From Octopus vulgaris (taxonomy: Eukaryota), in assembly GCA_951406725.2 (NCBI GenBank), contig CATOCA020000001.1:6696001-6760000 (forward strand): a stretch of DNA of 64,000 nucleotides, given 5' to 3'. This document shows positions 1 to 13,776 of the stretch, piece after piece. The position numbers were made by a program, and so were the translations under genes. The notes under the pieces were generated by a model. That model was not told where the DNA came from. It worked only from the letters and a program-made list of their open reading frames with translations, and searched no databases. How positions within the stretch are numbered: position 1 is the first letter of the stretch; each line of letters opens with the position of its first letter.

Positions 1-559
1 GAATTAGTACAGATTGCGACTCCACGTCACTGATTCGTTTTTTATTTCGCTTTTTCACATTTCCAATTCTTTACTTTTCCTTTCACTCTGCCTGCAATCA
101 TCACACAGTTTGCATGGTCGCTGGAGTGAAGTGGCTTAGAGGTTAGGGGTATTCGGCTTAGATTTGGGGTGATATATTAATATATGCTGAGGTGGGAGAG
201 AGAGGATTTTCTAAGTACCCTTAATTTTTATATGAGTGACAACACAAAACTTTTATATACCTGGCTGTTATTTCTAGCATCACGTAGGACCACCAATTGT
301 GTATTATTCCTCCGGATGCTTCTTAAGGTCTACTTCAATCTTTCATGAAAAACAATGCAGAATATAATGTACTGAACTGTTATTTCTACCATCTTACCCG
401 ACAACCTGTAGGACAATATGTTTGATAGACGCTTCGTCAAGCGTCCTGCTTTTATAAAATAAAAACTTTAGAAATTTCAAGGTGTTTGGTTGCTGTTTCA
501 CGAATGATGCGAGACAATAGAGAGGTGAGATTCTTTTATAAAAGTCGAAATGGTTTTGG

Positions 560-632
560 GAGGGAAACAATGAGATTAAGGGAAAGAAAGAGAGTGAGAG
601 AGAGAGAGAGTAAAAGGAAGGAAAGAATGAAA

Positions 633-674
<42 letters not shown>

Positions 675-770
675 GAAAGAAAAGAGAAAAAAAGAAGGAA
701 TGAAAGAAAAGAGAAAGGAAGGAATAAAGTAACGTGATTCTGTAATAATGCATGAAATCAGAGCGGAAGT

Positions 771-801
<31 letters not shown>

Positions 802-3150
802 GAAGGAAGGCTGGAGGAAGGAAGGAAGGAAGGAAGGAAGGAAGGAAAGAAGGAAATAAGGAATGAAGGAAATAAGGAAGTAAAAGAAGGAAGGAAAGAA
901 TGGCAGTAAGGAAAGAAAGAAAGAGAGACAGAAACAAAGAAAGAAAGAAAGAAAGAAAGTAAAAAGGAAAGAAAGAGAGACAGAAACAAAGAAAGGGAGA
1001 AAGAAAGGAAGAAAGGGAGAAAGTAAGAAAGAAAGGGAAACAGAAAAGAAAGAAGGTTAGAAGGAAAAAGAGGGAAAGATAGAAAGAATGAAAGAAAAAA
1101 AGAAAAAAGAAAGACAGAAGGAAAAAAGAAGGAAAGAAAGTGAGAAGGATAAGAGCAGGGTGAGAGCGAGAGAGAGAAAAAGGAGACAAGGAAAGGAAAC
1201 GAAGCAACGACAGAAAAAAGAAAGGAAGAAAAATGAAAGACAGATTGAAGAAGGAAAGATGAGAGGGAAGAAAGAAAAAAAGAATGAAGGTAAGAAGAAG
1301 GAAATGAAAAACAGAAAGAAAGAAAGAAATAAGGAAAATAAAGGAAGGAAGGAAAGAAAGAATGAGAGAATGAAGGGTAAGAAGAAGGAAATGAAAAAGA
1401 GAAAGTAAAGAAAGAAATAAGGAAAATAAAGGAAGGAAGGAAAGAAAGAAAGAAAGAATGAAGGGTAAGAAGAAGGAAATGAAAAAGAGAAAGTAAACCA
1501 AGAAATAAGGAAAATAAAGGAAGGAAGGAAAGAAAGAATGAGAGAAATGAAGGAAGAAAGAAAGAAAGAAAGAAAGGAAAGAAAGAAAGAAATGAGGGAA
1601 ATGAAGGAAGGAAAGAAAGAAAGAATGAGAGAAATGAAGGAAGAAAGAAAGAAAGAAAGGAAAGAAAGAAAGGAAAAGGAAAAAAGAAATGAAGGAAGAA
1701 AGAAAAAAAGAATGAAGGGTAAGAAGAAGGAAATGAAAAAGAGAAAGTAAAGAAAGAAGTAAGGAAAATAAAGGAAGGATGGAAGGAAAGAAAGAAAAAA
1801 AGAATGAAGGGTAAGAAGAAGGAAATGAAAAAGAGAAAGTAAAGAAAGAAATAAGGAAAATAAAGGAAGGAAGGAAAGAAAGAAAGAAAGAATGAAAGGT
1901 AAGAAGAAGGAAATGAAAAGAGAAAGTAAAGAAAGAAATAAGGAAAATAAAGGAAGGAAGGAAGGAAAGAATGAGAGAAATGAAGGAAGAAAGAAAGAAA
2001 GAAAGGAAAGAAAGAAAGGAAAAGGAAAAAAAGAAATGAAGGAAGAAAGAAAGAAAGAAATGAGGGAAATGAAGGAAGAAAGAAACAATCAAACAAACAA
2101 ACAAACAAATAAGAAAATTAAAAAAAGAAAGAAAGAAAGAAAGAAAGAAAGAAAAAATGAGGGAAATGAAGGAAGAAAGAAAGAAACAAACAAACAAATA
2201 AAGAAGAATGAAAGAAAGAAAGAAAGAAAGAAAGAAAAAAGAAAGAAAGAATGGAAAAGGAAAGAAAAAAAGAAAGGAGGAAAGAAAGGAAAATGAAAGA
2301 AAGAAAGAAAAGAGAAAGTAAGTAAAGGGAAACAAAAAGAAAGAAAGAAAGAATGAGAGAGAGAAAGAGAGGAAGGCGACGTAATTCTGTAAAAATGATG
2401 AGAAGAAAGAGAGAGAAGGAGGGAGAGAAGGGGAGGAAGGAGGAGGGATTAGAGAAATAAATGTTAAGAAGAGAGGAGGAGTATGAGATGAGAGAGAAAG
2501 AGTAAAAAGGCGGAGCATTAATATATAATAAGGTAATAGAGAGAGGGAGAGGGAGAGAGGGAGAAAGAGAGAGACAGACAAACAGAGACACGGAGACAGA
2601 GAGAGAGACATGAGAAGCGAGAGGGAGAAAGAGAGAGACTGAAATAGAGAAATCGAGAGAGCAAAGAGAGAGAAAGACAGACATAGAGAAAGAGAGGGAG
2701 AGGGAAAGGGAGGAGAAAGGGAGGGAAAGAATGAGGTAAGAGAATGAGAGAATATTATATAAGGAGGTGGAGGGAGAGAGAGAAGGATACATAGGTTTAG
2801 AAAGAGAGGGAGAGTGTGACGTGGGGCGGAGCGCAAAAGAGGTAGAGGGAGAGTATGACATATGAGGTGGTAAAGCGGGAGGGGGAGAGACAAAAAGTGA
2901 GGGAGGGGGAAGGAGTCAGAGATGATGTATGAGATATATGCTTTGTGAGGGAGGGAGAGTAAGAGTTGAGAGAAAACGAGGGATGAGGGAGGGGGGTTAA
3001 GCAATAACATAAATAAGTGAAAGAGGGGGAGGGAGAGGAGTAGAGAAGGAGAGGGTATGATGTGTGTGATAAGAGAGGGAGTCTATCTTGTATTAGAGAA
3101 AAGAAGAGGGGAAGGATGAGATATTAATACAGAATGAGGAAGGAGAGAGA
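560..3150. repeat. Polypurine (GA-rich) low-complexity tract with an internal ~80-bp tandem unit (gaatgaagggtaagaagaaggaaatgaaaaagagaaagtaaagaaagaaataaggaaaataaagg) at ~1280-2060
   Basis: Direct inspection. Confidence 0.9.
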
Positions 3151-3719
3151 AGAGTTTCGAAGTGTCCTTCATTTTCATATGAAACACTAAACCAAACTTT
3201 AACATACTTGGCTGTTATTTCTAGCATCACATTTGATCCCCAATTGGACTATATTTCCTTAGAAGCTCCTTAAAGTGACCTTCATGATAACAATGTAAAG
3301 TATAGCGTAATGGGCTGTTATTTCTAGCAAGATACCACACCACCAATACGTTTTATAGACGCTTCTTCACTTGGTTTCTCATCCGATGAAGAAGTCTGAC
3401 CAGATCCGGGAAAAAGTTTTATAAATGCTTCTTAAATTGTCTTTCAATTTCGTATGAAAAACAAAGCAACTTTGAGTGTAGTGGGCTGTTATTTCTAGCA
3501 TGATGTCAAACCAGGTGTAGGAGGATTCTTTGAATAAATGCTTCTTAAATTGTCCGTCAATGTCTCGGCTATTTAATTTGCTCAATTAAGAACTACACAG
3601 TAATTATGTAATTAATGGTTAGTTAAATAATTAGCTTCTGGTAAAATAATTAGCGAGAGAGAAATTTGAAGGTAAATCTGAAAATATAATTTATTTGTAA
3701 GAAATTAAGGTTTCTTAGG

Positions 3720-4266
3720 GATAAAAGGAGAGGAAGAGGGAGAGGGTAAGATATAAGGAGGTGGGAGAGATAGAGAGAGAAAGAAAGGAAGAAAGAGTGA
3801 GAGAGAGAAAGCCCAGGGAAGGGGAGGAATATATTAATGTATGAGGAAGCAGAGAAAGAATGAGAGTGAGAGAGAGAGAGAGAGAAAGAAAGGAAGAAAG
3901 AGTGAGAGAGAGAAGGCTTAGGGAAGGGGAGGGATATATTAATGTATGAGGAAGCAGAGAAAGAATGAGAGTGGGAGAGAGAGAGACAGAATGCGTGAGA
4001 GAGAGTGAGTGAGAAAGAAAGGAAGAAAGAGTGAGAGAGAGAAAGCCTAGGGAAGGGGAGGGATATATTAATGTATGAGGAAGGAGAGAAAGAATGAGAG
4101 TGGGAGAGAGAGAGAGAGACAGAATGCGTGAGAGAGAGAGAGAGAAAGAAAGAAAGGAAGAAAGAGTGAGAGAGAGAAACCCTAGGGAAGGGGAGGGGTA
4201 TATTAATGCATGAGGAATCAGAGAGTGGGAGTGAGAGTGGGAGAGAGAGAGAGAGAGACAGAATGC

Positions 4267-4306
<40 letters not shown>

Positions 4307-4374
4307 GAAAGAGTGAGAGAGAGAAAGCCTAGGGAAGGGGAGGGATATATTAATGTATGATGAAGCAGAGAAAG

Positions 4375-4409
<35 letters not shown>

Positions 4410-4560
4410 ATGCGTGAGAGAGAGAGGGGAAGAGAAGAAGAGAGAAAGAAAGGAAAGAGAGAAAACCTAAGGAAGGGGAGGGATATATATTTATATATGA
4501 GGTAGCAGAGAGAGTGTGTGAGTGAGTGCGTGAGAGAGAGATAGAGAGAGAGAGAGAGGG
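3720..4560. repeat. Purine-rich minisatellite, ~90-130 bp units (gaaagcctagggaaggggagggatatattaatgtatgaggaagcagag plus variable (GA)n)
   Basis: About six recurrences of the core. Confidence 0.85.
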
Positions 4561-5094
4561 GGAATTGATATATATACGTTTAGGAAGTGAGGGAGAGGAT
4601 GAGGTGAACGATATAGTAAGGCAGGCGGGGTGGTTAAACATGAATATATAATGAGGTGCAGAGAGAAAGGAGAGAAAGAGGGAGAAGTGGGAGGATATGT
4701 TTTGAGGGAGGGAGAAAGAAAATGCTATTTGTGTTTAATAAGAAAGAGAGAAGGGGAGGGGGGAAGCATTGGGTAATTTATGATGAGGTGAGAGGCGGAG
4801 GAGAAGAGAAAGAGAGAGAGAGAGAGACATAGAAAGAGGGAGAGAGCGCGAGAGAATAATGAATATATTTACCAATAGAGGAAGAGTATGAGTTAATAAA
4901 GGAAGCAAAAATGGGCGGAGTCACGTATACGATGTAGTGGGAGGAGTCAACGTTGAAACGGTAAGAATAATAACTCTTATTAGATCCCTTTTACTTTAAA
5001 TTCTATTGTTTTCTTTTATGCGAAATAAAATCTGTTTTTCTGCGCAGTTTGTGAAGATTTCCAAATATGATTTCATGCAAATAATAGATCGAAG

Positions 5095-5580
5095 TGTTAG
5101 ACATACAGCATCTCGAAAGAGTCCAGAAGCTGGCTACCCGCATGGTTCATGGTCTCAAAAATTTGTCCTACGAAGAAAGGCTGAGGACGCTCGACCTTTA
5201 TTCTCTTGAAAAACGCCGCCGCCGTGGTGATCTCATTCTCGCCCACAACATCATAAGCGGAAAGTGTAACCTCTCGAAAGAGCTGTTCTTCACTCCTGCT
5301 CCAGAGCGTCGGCTGCGGGGTCATTCCGAAAAGCTCTACCTGCGACGATTTCATCTCAATCGAAGGAGAGGAGCTTTCTCCGTCCGGGTTGCGGATCCGT
5401 GGAACAAGCTGCCAGACGAGATGGTGAAGATGCCGACGACCGCTTTGTTCAAAGCCTCCCTGGACCTCAAGTGGCCTGAACTCTTTACATGAACACCACC
5501 CTGTACTTAACTCCATGTCCCCCTACATGGCCTTGCTATTTGCTTTTGAGCCAAATTAACTAACTAACTAACTAACTAAT
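5095..5580 (+). mobile_element. 5'-truncated CR1-type LINE 3' end with (TAAC)n tail
   Basis: LERVQKLATRMV..LSYEERL..LDLYSLEKRRRRGDLI..RGH..KL..FSVRV..WNKLP; GC-rich versus flanks; taactaac tail at 5557-5578. Confidence 0.9.
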
Positions 5581-6419
5581 ATATTATCAATAAATATCGA
5601 ACACTTCTCCTCATCACTAATTCGTTTTTCGTTTGACATCTAAAAATTTCGCTTTTTTTAATATTACGATTCTTACCCCTTAGCTTCACTCCTCCCTGCA
5701 ATCGTCACACAGCCTCGATTGTGGTTGTACCTGCTAGAAGCAACAGCCAAATCTCACATGATAAAATATGAAACGTTTTTATCATTTTTTATCTTAATTT
5801 CTTGAAAATAAATTTATTTTCTATTTTCTGATTGGCGTTTGGTCAGAAAACTCCAAAGATAAGCCAGTGCCTGAGCAATACAAAGAGGGGAGAGCAAGAA
5901 TATGCAAGGCTAGTACAGTTTAGTGCAGCCGTGCACCGGTTGTCGTCCTATTTTAAGCTGCAAAAATGTGAGAGTCAAATACGAGAGGAAAGGGATCAGA
6001 CCGGAAGGGATGTGAATGGAACAGGAAAGAAGTGAATGCCATGGAATAGAAAAAATGTGGACGAAATCCTAAAATTTGCGAATATATTTAGGTAATAGGG
6101 AAAAAAAGTATGTTTAATTTAAAATGTAATTTCCATTTTTAAAAGAAAGAACATTCTCGAATACATGTTTCTTATAGTTGAACGTCCGCGTGTATTTATG
6201 GAGAGAAGAGGTCGGTTTGTTCCTGCTGTGGGCGAGAGTTTGTTTATTTTAATTTGGCTGACATCCATCTCGATAATGTGTTGCTTTAAGTAGCCTAGGG
6301 TTGAAAGCACGAATCCCGATAAAACCGCTGACAAAATAAAATAAAATCGATTTTCTGTCCCAATTGGAATATGCATGTCAGGTGATCGTCCTGTTTTCTG
6401 GAAGAATTATGTTGCTGAA

Positions 6420-7960
6420 GAAAATATGCACCAGAACAATGAAGAAATCGTCTCTAAACGGAAAGTGAACATTTTTCTTATAAATATCCAAAGGAAGCTT
6501 GAAGTTGACAGCTTCGATATCTACAGCCACAATGGTCTTCCTTGACCAGATACAAGAATTGTTGAAGTAGCTAATATTCCAATTGGGCTTAGAGAAGAAA
6601 CCATTTTTAAGGTGAAAAAATGTATTAATAAACTTCTTCTGCCAACTTTAGACATTGAACAACGACTAGATTTTGATAAAGCTATCAGGTCCATAAATAG
6701 TAAAAGAAGGAAGAATTCTGTTCTTAAATGCAAATGGTGGCACAGGGAAAACCTATGTGATCAACATCATACTTGATAGTTGCTACTGCCACGTCTGCTA
6801 TTGCAACCACTTTGCTTCTGAAAGGGAGAGTTCTTCATTCTATGTCCAGGATTTCTCTCAGTGAGACTACAAAATCAACATTAAGACTCACAAAGAGAGA
6901 CGCCACAAGAGAATTTGTGCCTCAATCTGGTCTCTTAGTTATCGATGGGACCAGGATGGGGCCTAAGCATCTCTGTGAGTGCCTTGAAAGGAGATTGCAT
7001 GATGTGTGAGACTGTAACAAACCTGTTTGTGAATTTACTATATTACTGTCTGGTGATAGAAAACAAATTCTTGCAGTTATGTCATCTTGGAAGATTATAA
7101 TTTGTTGATGCAGATCCTTTCTTGAGGATTGAGTAGAAATAGTGAAGATAGGAACCAATCTAAGACTTCTTACAAAAGGTCATTCTGATGAAAAAGAGTC
7201 TGTTAATCACCATTTTGATGCTGGAAATGGTGATATTTCTGTCGAACAAAGTCTAGGTGCATCCAAAATCAACCTGCTTTACAACTTTGGCCTGTCAAGT
7301 TTATGTGATGTTGTCTTGCAAATAATTTCAGAGACCCCATGTGGCTTGCAAACAGACCCATTATTACTCCAACAAATGAAATATCACAATTTGTAAATGA
7401 ATTCATGTTGACCAGGATCCCTGGTGAGGTAAAGATATGCAGAAGCTCAGATACAGTTGATAATGAAGCTCTGTACCTAATCAAATTCATCAACAAACTC
7501 CTACCATCAGCGTTTCCATGGACATATCCTCACACTAAAGACAAGAGGCTGCATTAGGTTTTTGAAGAATTTAGATGCTAAACAAGACCATTGCAATGAC
7601 ACAGGCTACGTTATTATCTGCTTCCAAGATCTTATTATTGCTGCCGGGGTTGCTTGTGGTTCTTTTGCAGGATCAATCTCAGGGATTCCAAATGGGTCTC
7701 AAGGAATGGAGTTCCCATTCATAGTTACCATACAAACAATTTCCTGTGGAACCACTCTTTGCCTTGACATGCAACAAAGCACAGGGACAGACATTTAAAC
7801 AAATTGGAATATATCTTCCAACACAATTCTTCTCCCGTGGTCAGCTGTAAGTTTCACTTTCTAGAGTTTGGATGAAGCCTATGTAAAACTATTGGCTGAG
7901 AGAAATAGAAACTGTATATTTACTAACAATCGTGTCTATAAGGAGGTTCTATTTGACAGC
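6420..7960 (+). mobile_element. Degraded Helitron PIF1-like helicase region
   Basis: Ordered motifs with stops and frameshifts: NGGTGKTY (6733), ATATSAIATTLL, LLSGD..QIL, IITPTN, KNLD....HCN.T, QFPV..FALT.NKAQGQT, GQL.VSLSRV, terminal TNNRVYKEVL. Confidence 0.85.
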
Positions 7961-8082
7961 AAAATATACATTTTAAGTAAGTTTCACAAAATGGAATTAC
8001 ACTTTTCTTTTTTGGGAAAATTTCACAGGATATTTAAACTGTTTATATAACAATGGAAGTATTTAGGGAGATGCCGGGGCTT

Positions 8083-8124
8083 ACAACAACAACACCAATA
8101 ACAAATGAAATTTCAATCTTTATT
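8083..8124 (-). terminator. Probable polyadenylation signal of gene A (AATAAA at 8119-8124) with GU-rich downstream element
   Basis: tttatt on the + strand, preceded by an (aac)-rich tract; same arrangement in the gene B 3' UTR. Confidence 0.6.
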
Positions 8125-8358
8125 TCCAAAGTTAATCTCCAACAAAAAGGGAGCTAAACAAATAAAGAGATCTCCATGTGGTAAATAGATCTGCTAGAAT
8201 TAGTAGCCGAATCCTACTCCATTCATCACTTATCATCTTAAAGAATGACACATTAGACAAGGAAAACATGATGGTCCTGGATGGAAGGCATTTAATCATA
8301 TGCCTGTGTGTGGTGAAGGTAAACTTGGCGTTAAACAACAGCAATATTTACAAGAAAC

Positions 8359-8564
8359 TCAACTGAAGTCTGATAATAAACATTCAGCTGCCGTGTAACA
8401 TTCGGTTTCTAAAAGTGCTTCTTTTAATGTTTGAGGTGTACGTTTCGCTGGATCGCAACTTTGGAACCATTTGAGAAGCATCTGAAAGCCTTGTTCCATA
8501 ACACTGTACGAATGGTCAATCTTGATGATTTCCAGGTCATCTTGTGTAATTTCTAATTCCCTTC
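8359..8564 (-). CDS. Gene A terminal death domain exon: GRELEITQDDLEIIKIDHSYSVMEQGFQMLLKWFQSCDPAKRTPQTLKEALLETECYTAAECLLSDFS*
   Basis: ttttgcag acceptor at 8565-8566, TGA at 8359-8361; DD motifs EQxxQMLxxW and TLxxAL. Confidence 0.92.
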
Positions 8565-8889
8565 CTGCAAAAGATACAATAAGAAATAATTGCAAAAGCA
8601 TTAACGATAATATAAAACCTGTGAACTGTAAATTATAGATCTGACAAAGAAATTATGTGAATAGACGAATGAGAAATACTGAAGAAACACGGAAAATAGA
8701 AGACATTGTTATCTGTTTCTAAAGAGTTTGAGAAAAATAAGAAACAAGTTGAAATAAAAGCTGGAATTGGAGAAAACATTTAAAGATCGAATAAAATTGA
8801 AAGTTACACATGAGAAATCTTCTGGTAAACAACTGGCAGGAGAAGTGTTTGTGTGGGCAGCAGTATACGAAAAGCTCAAGAATCAACAA

Positions 8890-9350
8890 AGACTACCAAT
8901 AGTTACACCATTTCATCTATCCATTCATTTTCTTTGCCCTCTCTTCATAGGAGGGTTATAAGGGTAGAGTCCTCAGGCACCTCCTTCATACGATTCTATC
9001 TAAAGTAACCTTGATTAGAAATTCTGAGAGAATTTCCAAGCACAACCAATTGAAACTATGGTTTTTATGCAAAAATTTATTCTTGGTTTAGCCCCAGGTC
9101 TTCTGTCAGTTGGCTCAGCTCGATGAATCCCTCTTTTGATTCTTTCCTGAGACATTTTAATCACATGCCGGTAGTATTGGAGCAGCTGTGACCTCTCAAT
9201 GCAGAGAAGCAGTCGTTTGGCCTGGAGAGACACCCAAATTTCGAAGCTGCACGCGTTACTCCAGGACTCTCAGAGGAACTCAATTTCAGTCGTTTTGATA
9301 ACATCCCATATTCAAAGACTGAAATAGTCACCTGTGATGTGGTCCCTCCT
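8890..9350 (-). mobile_element. Old RTE-like LINE 3' fragment in the last intron of gene A
   Basis: LLLCIERSQL..Y.HV.KM...R.......P.DRRPG.KPR; absent at the matching place in gene B. Confidence 0.55.
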
Positions 9351-11442
9351 ATGATTAGTAAATAATAAAAGATTATCAAAATTCAGAAATATCTCGAAAG
9401 TGGGATATGACTTCAACGGCACAAAGTAAAAATATAACACTGTTAGGTACATATCACATATTATAGAAGATACCAGCTGAAAAGTTAGTCTTGGAATACT
9501 GACTCCTAAAAAGGAATTCCTTCACTGGCTGAAGGCCACAATTTCAAAAGAATCTCCTACAGGAGAGGCCCAAGAGTAAGCAAAGCAATGGGAAGAGTTT
9601 TAGTTTGTAGGCAATAACAGAACATCTACACCATACACCTACAACACTTGGGTCCTGAAAGAATCCCTGCATCCTCAAACATCTACATCATCTGGAAAGT
9701 TATCACAATTTATATGCAGGGGAGAGAAAAGGGGTTAATAGGAATTCTATATGGTATATCTAATGTACGCAATAGGTGCAGTGGTATCACAGGCAAGTTT
9801 ACAGGGAGGACGGGTTAGGGTTGGGGAAGGAGTTTTTAAGTAGCAGATACACGGGATTAGTTTGTAGTAAGAACAAGTATGAAAGACATATAGTTTCTCT
9901 AACCTAAGAGACATAATTAGAAGTGGGTGGGTGGGGGTCTATTCTCAAAGTGCAGTACTTTGAGGAAAAATGGGATGGAAAATGTACAGGGAACTGTTAT
10001 GTCTACTGGCAACTAAGGGATTCTGTCTCCAAATGAAGGAGAGATTGCATGAGGTGTATTTGTAAAGTGCAATGTTGCATTTAATGTAGAGGATGCAGGA
10101 AAACTGGCAAGAAATGAGGTGAGCATACATCACTAGAAGTGTAATGTTAATGTGTTGAAAACCTGGGGTTAGGGAAAACTGGGTCTCAGAAGAATCTGTG
10201 ATAGTGCACAATATAGTATAGATTTAGAAGGGATATGGTAAATGAAATTTGGATAAAGAAGTGCCTGGAATTCAAGTGGAAGAAAACAAGCGATTAAACC
10301 TGACAAACAACCACAACGACTGTGGGAGAAGTCGTCTGACACATACAAACTTGGAGAAATGAACGTAAGATGTTGATTATATTGGACTGGTGTTAATGGA
10401 TTGATTTTTACCCCAGTATATGACTGGTACATTTTGTATGACTGCTAGAGAAATAACAAATTAGCAATGTCACAGATGATGTCCTCTCTTAATTTAGATA
10501 AATCATTTCTATCAGCTGACTGAGGGGATAATGTTACGACCTCTTGAGTCAGGGGTGAAAGGTTCAAATCTAGTCCCCCAACACAGCTCAATGTCCTGGT
10601 AAAGACATCTCTCTTCTGGTTCAGTCTACGAACCACGATAGGGAGGATATTGCTGTAAATAATAGGAATATTGTATAAATGATATTTTATGTTGTTAAAC
10701 TTTCAGACAAGAGGAAATGGGATACTGTGATGTTCATGCCTTTCCAGTAAAGGAGAGTGAAATGATTTCAATTGATAAACAAAATCAAGTTGAGTTTGAA
10801 TTTTCGGATGAAACGTGAGTTTCATTAATTTACAATACTTTAACGCCATGAGTTTCATTAATTTACAATACTGAGTTCAATCCAGCCATGGACACAGTCA
10901 ACAATGGGGGACTGTTTTCTATAGAGACTGGCACTATATATTGACCAGGGACTAAAGAACTACAATCAAAGAGAACACAGCATGTCACACATAATGCAAA
11001 CTCTCGTGTTTAAAAAGGTTGCATTCGATAATGTGGTCCTCTTCATCCAAGAGAAAGAATGATGTCACATCTGGAAACCTTCCCTCTTAACTCTGCCAGA
11101 TTAAAACAGATATCTGCCTCAGCAACAACAACAATAACAACCAATCTGTGAACTTTCCAAAAACGTAAACAAACTAAAACATTGTCATTAACTCACCTGT
11201 TTAGTCTTTAACACCATTATTCTTGAGTCCCCTTTTACAAACGACAATATTAACTCGACTGTATCTTCTAATTCAAATATTTTACACCTGTGCTGACCTC
11301 GGTGGATATTTTATGAAATTTCAGTGATATCTTTACTTTATAGCTAAACTTTCAATTGGAAACTAGGAATGGAATCTGTTCTCAGTCAAAAGTTTAACTG
11401 AAAGCAAAATTTATAGAAATCAATTAGGTATTTTATACTCAC

Positions 11443-11514
11443 CAAGTTGCTGCCATTTACCGGCCAACTTTTTGGACACCCGATGTAGATGCTTCACCTC
11501 TAGCGTTAGTATAT
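11443..11514 (-). CDS. Gene A death domain exon 1 (72 nt): (D)ILTLEVKHLHRVSKKLAGKWQQL
   Basis: Canonical splice sites; joins in phase 1 to give the death-domain signature L..V...LxxxWxxLGRxL. Confidence 0.9.
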
Positions 11515-13366
11515 CTGAAATAAATGTTTCCACATTTTACACTTCATAGTATAATTTCCCTATCTCTGTTAATGGTTTATATCTTATTATTGTAAGACAT
11601 TCCTATCATCAATGGCCAACTGCTGACCACTATAGGTTTCGTCGACAGTTTTATACTTTCTACAGTGGTCTTATAAAATGGCTCAATATTTAGGTCCATA
11701 ACAAAATAGACTGATCTTCCTAAACCTCCTTTTTCTATTAAGACAACCTTCTTGATCTATCAATGTTGCATTCATCTCATTTAATTATCACATGTTAACA
11801 CCTTTTATTTCTTTTCTTTTTTTATAGCTGGGCTAAACCTATGAGATAGCATTGTTCCCTCATCAGTAGACTTCACTAATCCAGTGTTAACCATGTTGGT
11901 TATAAATGCTCTTGACACAAACTCATGTCATACCATTTGAAGCAGGATCAACACACACCTGTTTTCTTTGTTTTAACCTTTAATTTTATCTATGCAACTC
12001 ACAGTTCACCAGAATTTCATCTGATTCATAAAATATTTTAAGACTCCTTAATGAAATGCTTTTCTTTCCTGATGAGCAATGATTAGTTTTACAGAGGTGA
12101 AACAGAAAGTGATAACAAGTGTCCTAAAACACTGTATACTTGCACAAAACATCTTTAACAACATGCAAATGTTTATACACAGATTATTGCAAAAGAAAAA
12201 TATTTGAAAAGGTACAAAAGAAGTGATATTCAAGAATATATAAACAAGATGGTGATATAGATCAAACTTCAAGCACCAAATCTTGTTTTTGCCCAGAAGT
12301 TTTGACTTGGCAAATGCTTATCGCCCATCCTCGGTTTCTGCAATGACATCAATGCCTCTACTCTTATTAGACAATGTGGGATTGTAGCATCGTCCTCAAT
12401 TATTTTTAAACTTTTGGCATAGTTTCTCCTACTATTTTGAACTTTACCTGTTTCTGTTGACCTTTGACATATGTCAGACCGCATCAAGTAGTTGCTTTAG
12501 ACAGCATTCTTGACCAAGTAATTAGTCCATCCAGTCTATCCAGAACTAATTGTATAAACATTTGATCTCTTCTTCTTATTTTTATGTCATCCATAAATGC
12601 CTTCTTAAGTGATTTCCCTTGAGTAATTTCTTCTGATAAATCTGCTAATCCCCATAAAAGCATCCCCATAACAAGCACAAACCAAGTAACGGATATTGTG
12701 CAATCTACAGCTATTCTAGTTCCAATGTTGGGCACACGAAAATCTTTTTCTAGTGCTTTTGCCACATTAAAATGTACTCAGGACCCTTTATAAAGTGGTT
12801 GGTGTTAAGAAAGGCATACTACCATAGGAAAGGTGGAATGTTTAAGGGAGATGTGTTTCTCAAGCAATCGAGGTGGACAGTAATTCTGAATAAGGACATG
12901 GATAGTGACCACCCAGCCAATTCGATGATGAAGACACTATAATCGATTGCATTGTATCTTGCACCCAATCTTGAGGAGAGAGAAAGAGAGCAATTGTCTC
13001 AGCAGCAGACCAAAGTCTCCTACTGGGATAAACACAACGTTTAGGGGATGTAATGATAGATTTACTATCAGTGAAAAAAAGAGAGTGTGTTCACACTTGT
13101 AACAATTTTCAACTTAGTCACCTTGTTAAAAATGACCGACAACAACAACAACAATTAGGAAACTTATTAAAATGTACAACAAACAAGCTCTCTCATTATC
13201 TCATCTGTTTTTGCCTTTAAACGACAAATTGCTTTCCTTTATTCCAAAGACAATATGAAGTCTGTTGTGTTTTCTAATTTAGCCATTTTACCAACAGCGC
13301 CAACACTGCTGGACATTTTATTAAATTTCAAATCAGTAATATCAATGGGCTTGTAGATGCATCCAT

Positions 13367-13408
<42 letters not shown>

Positions 13409-13725
13409 GACAATATGGCAACGAGATGATAGAAAGGAGAGAATATTCCCCTTAAGGGGAGCGAACCGCTTCAGGTTTTATATTTTATCTCTTGTATTTT
13501 TCCTTATCGTGTGAGATCTTTTTCCTGTGTCTCATGTTTCCCTATTTCTGTAAAATCCCTTTATTGGATATTCCTGCATTTGTAGTAGAACAGAATTACT
13601 TTGTAGCTAACCATTCGAATGAAATATAGCAATAGAACCGCTTCTCAGTGATTCACACAAATTATGTAGTTCAGGTGGAGGTAAAATTTGTAGAAGTCAA
13701 TTAGATACAGTTATTTTATACTCAC

Positions 13726-13776
13726 CAAGTGGCTGAGCCTCTGTCTGGGATGCCTTGTCTTCAACCTTTGGACGCA
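13726..13776 (-). CDS. Gene A 51-nt phase-1 microexon 3: (V)RPKVEDKASQTEAQPL
   Basis: tttatttcag acceptor, gtgagt donor, open frame. Confidence 0.78.

Noticed and set aside
394-4641. Long F/L/S-rich and K/E/R-rich ORFs (up to 750 aa)
   Set aside because: Translations of polypurine/polypyrimidine repeats that lack stops by composition
6420-7960. Host PIF1 helicase gene
   Set aside because: Intronless, full of stops and frameshifts, with a Helitron-type C-terminus
8565-8601. Hydrophobic N-terminus MLLQLFLIVSFA of the 80-aa ORF, resembling a signal peptide on a standalone DD
   Set aside because: It is the intron polypyrimidine tract upstream of the AG acceptor
9420-11100. ORFs in the last intron of gene A (e.g. 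10445-10636, 9945-10211)
   Set aside because: Frames do not appear conserved in the homologous gene B intron (57.7-59.2 kb); likely an ancient decayed insertion predating the duplication
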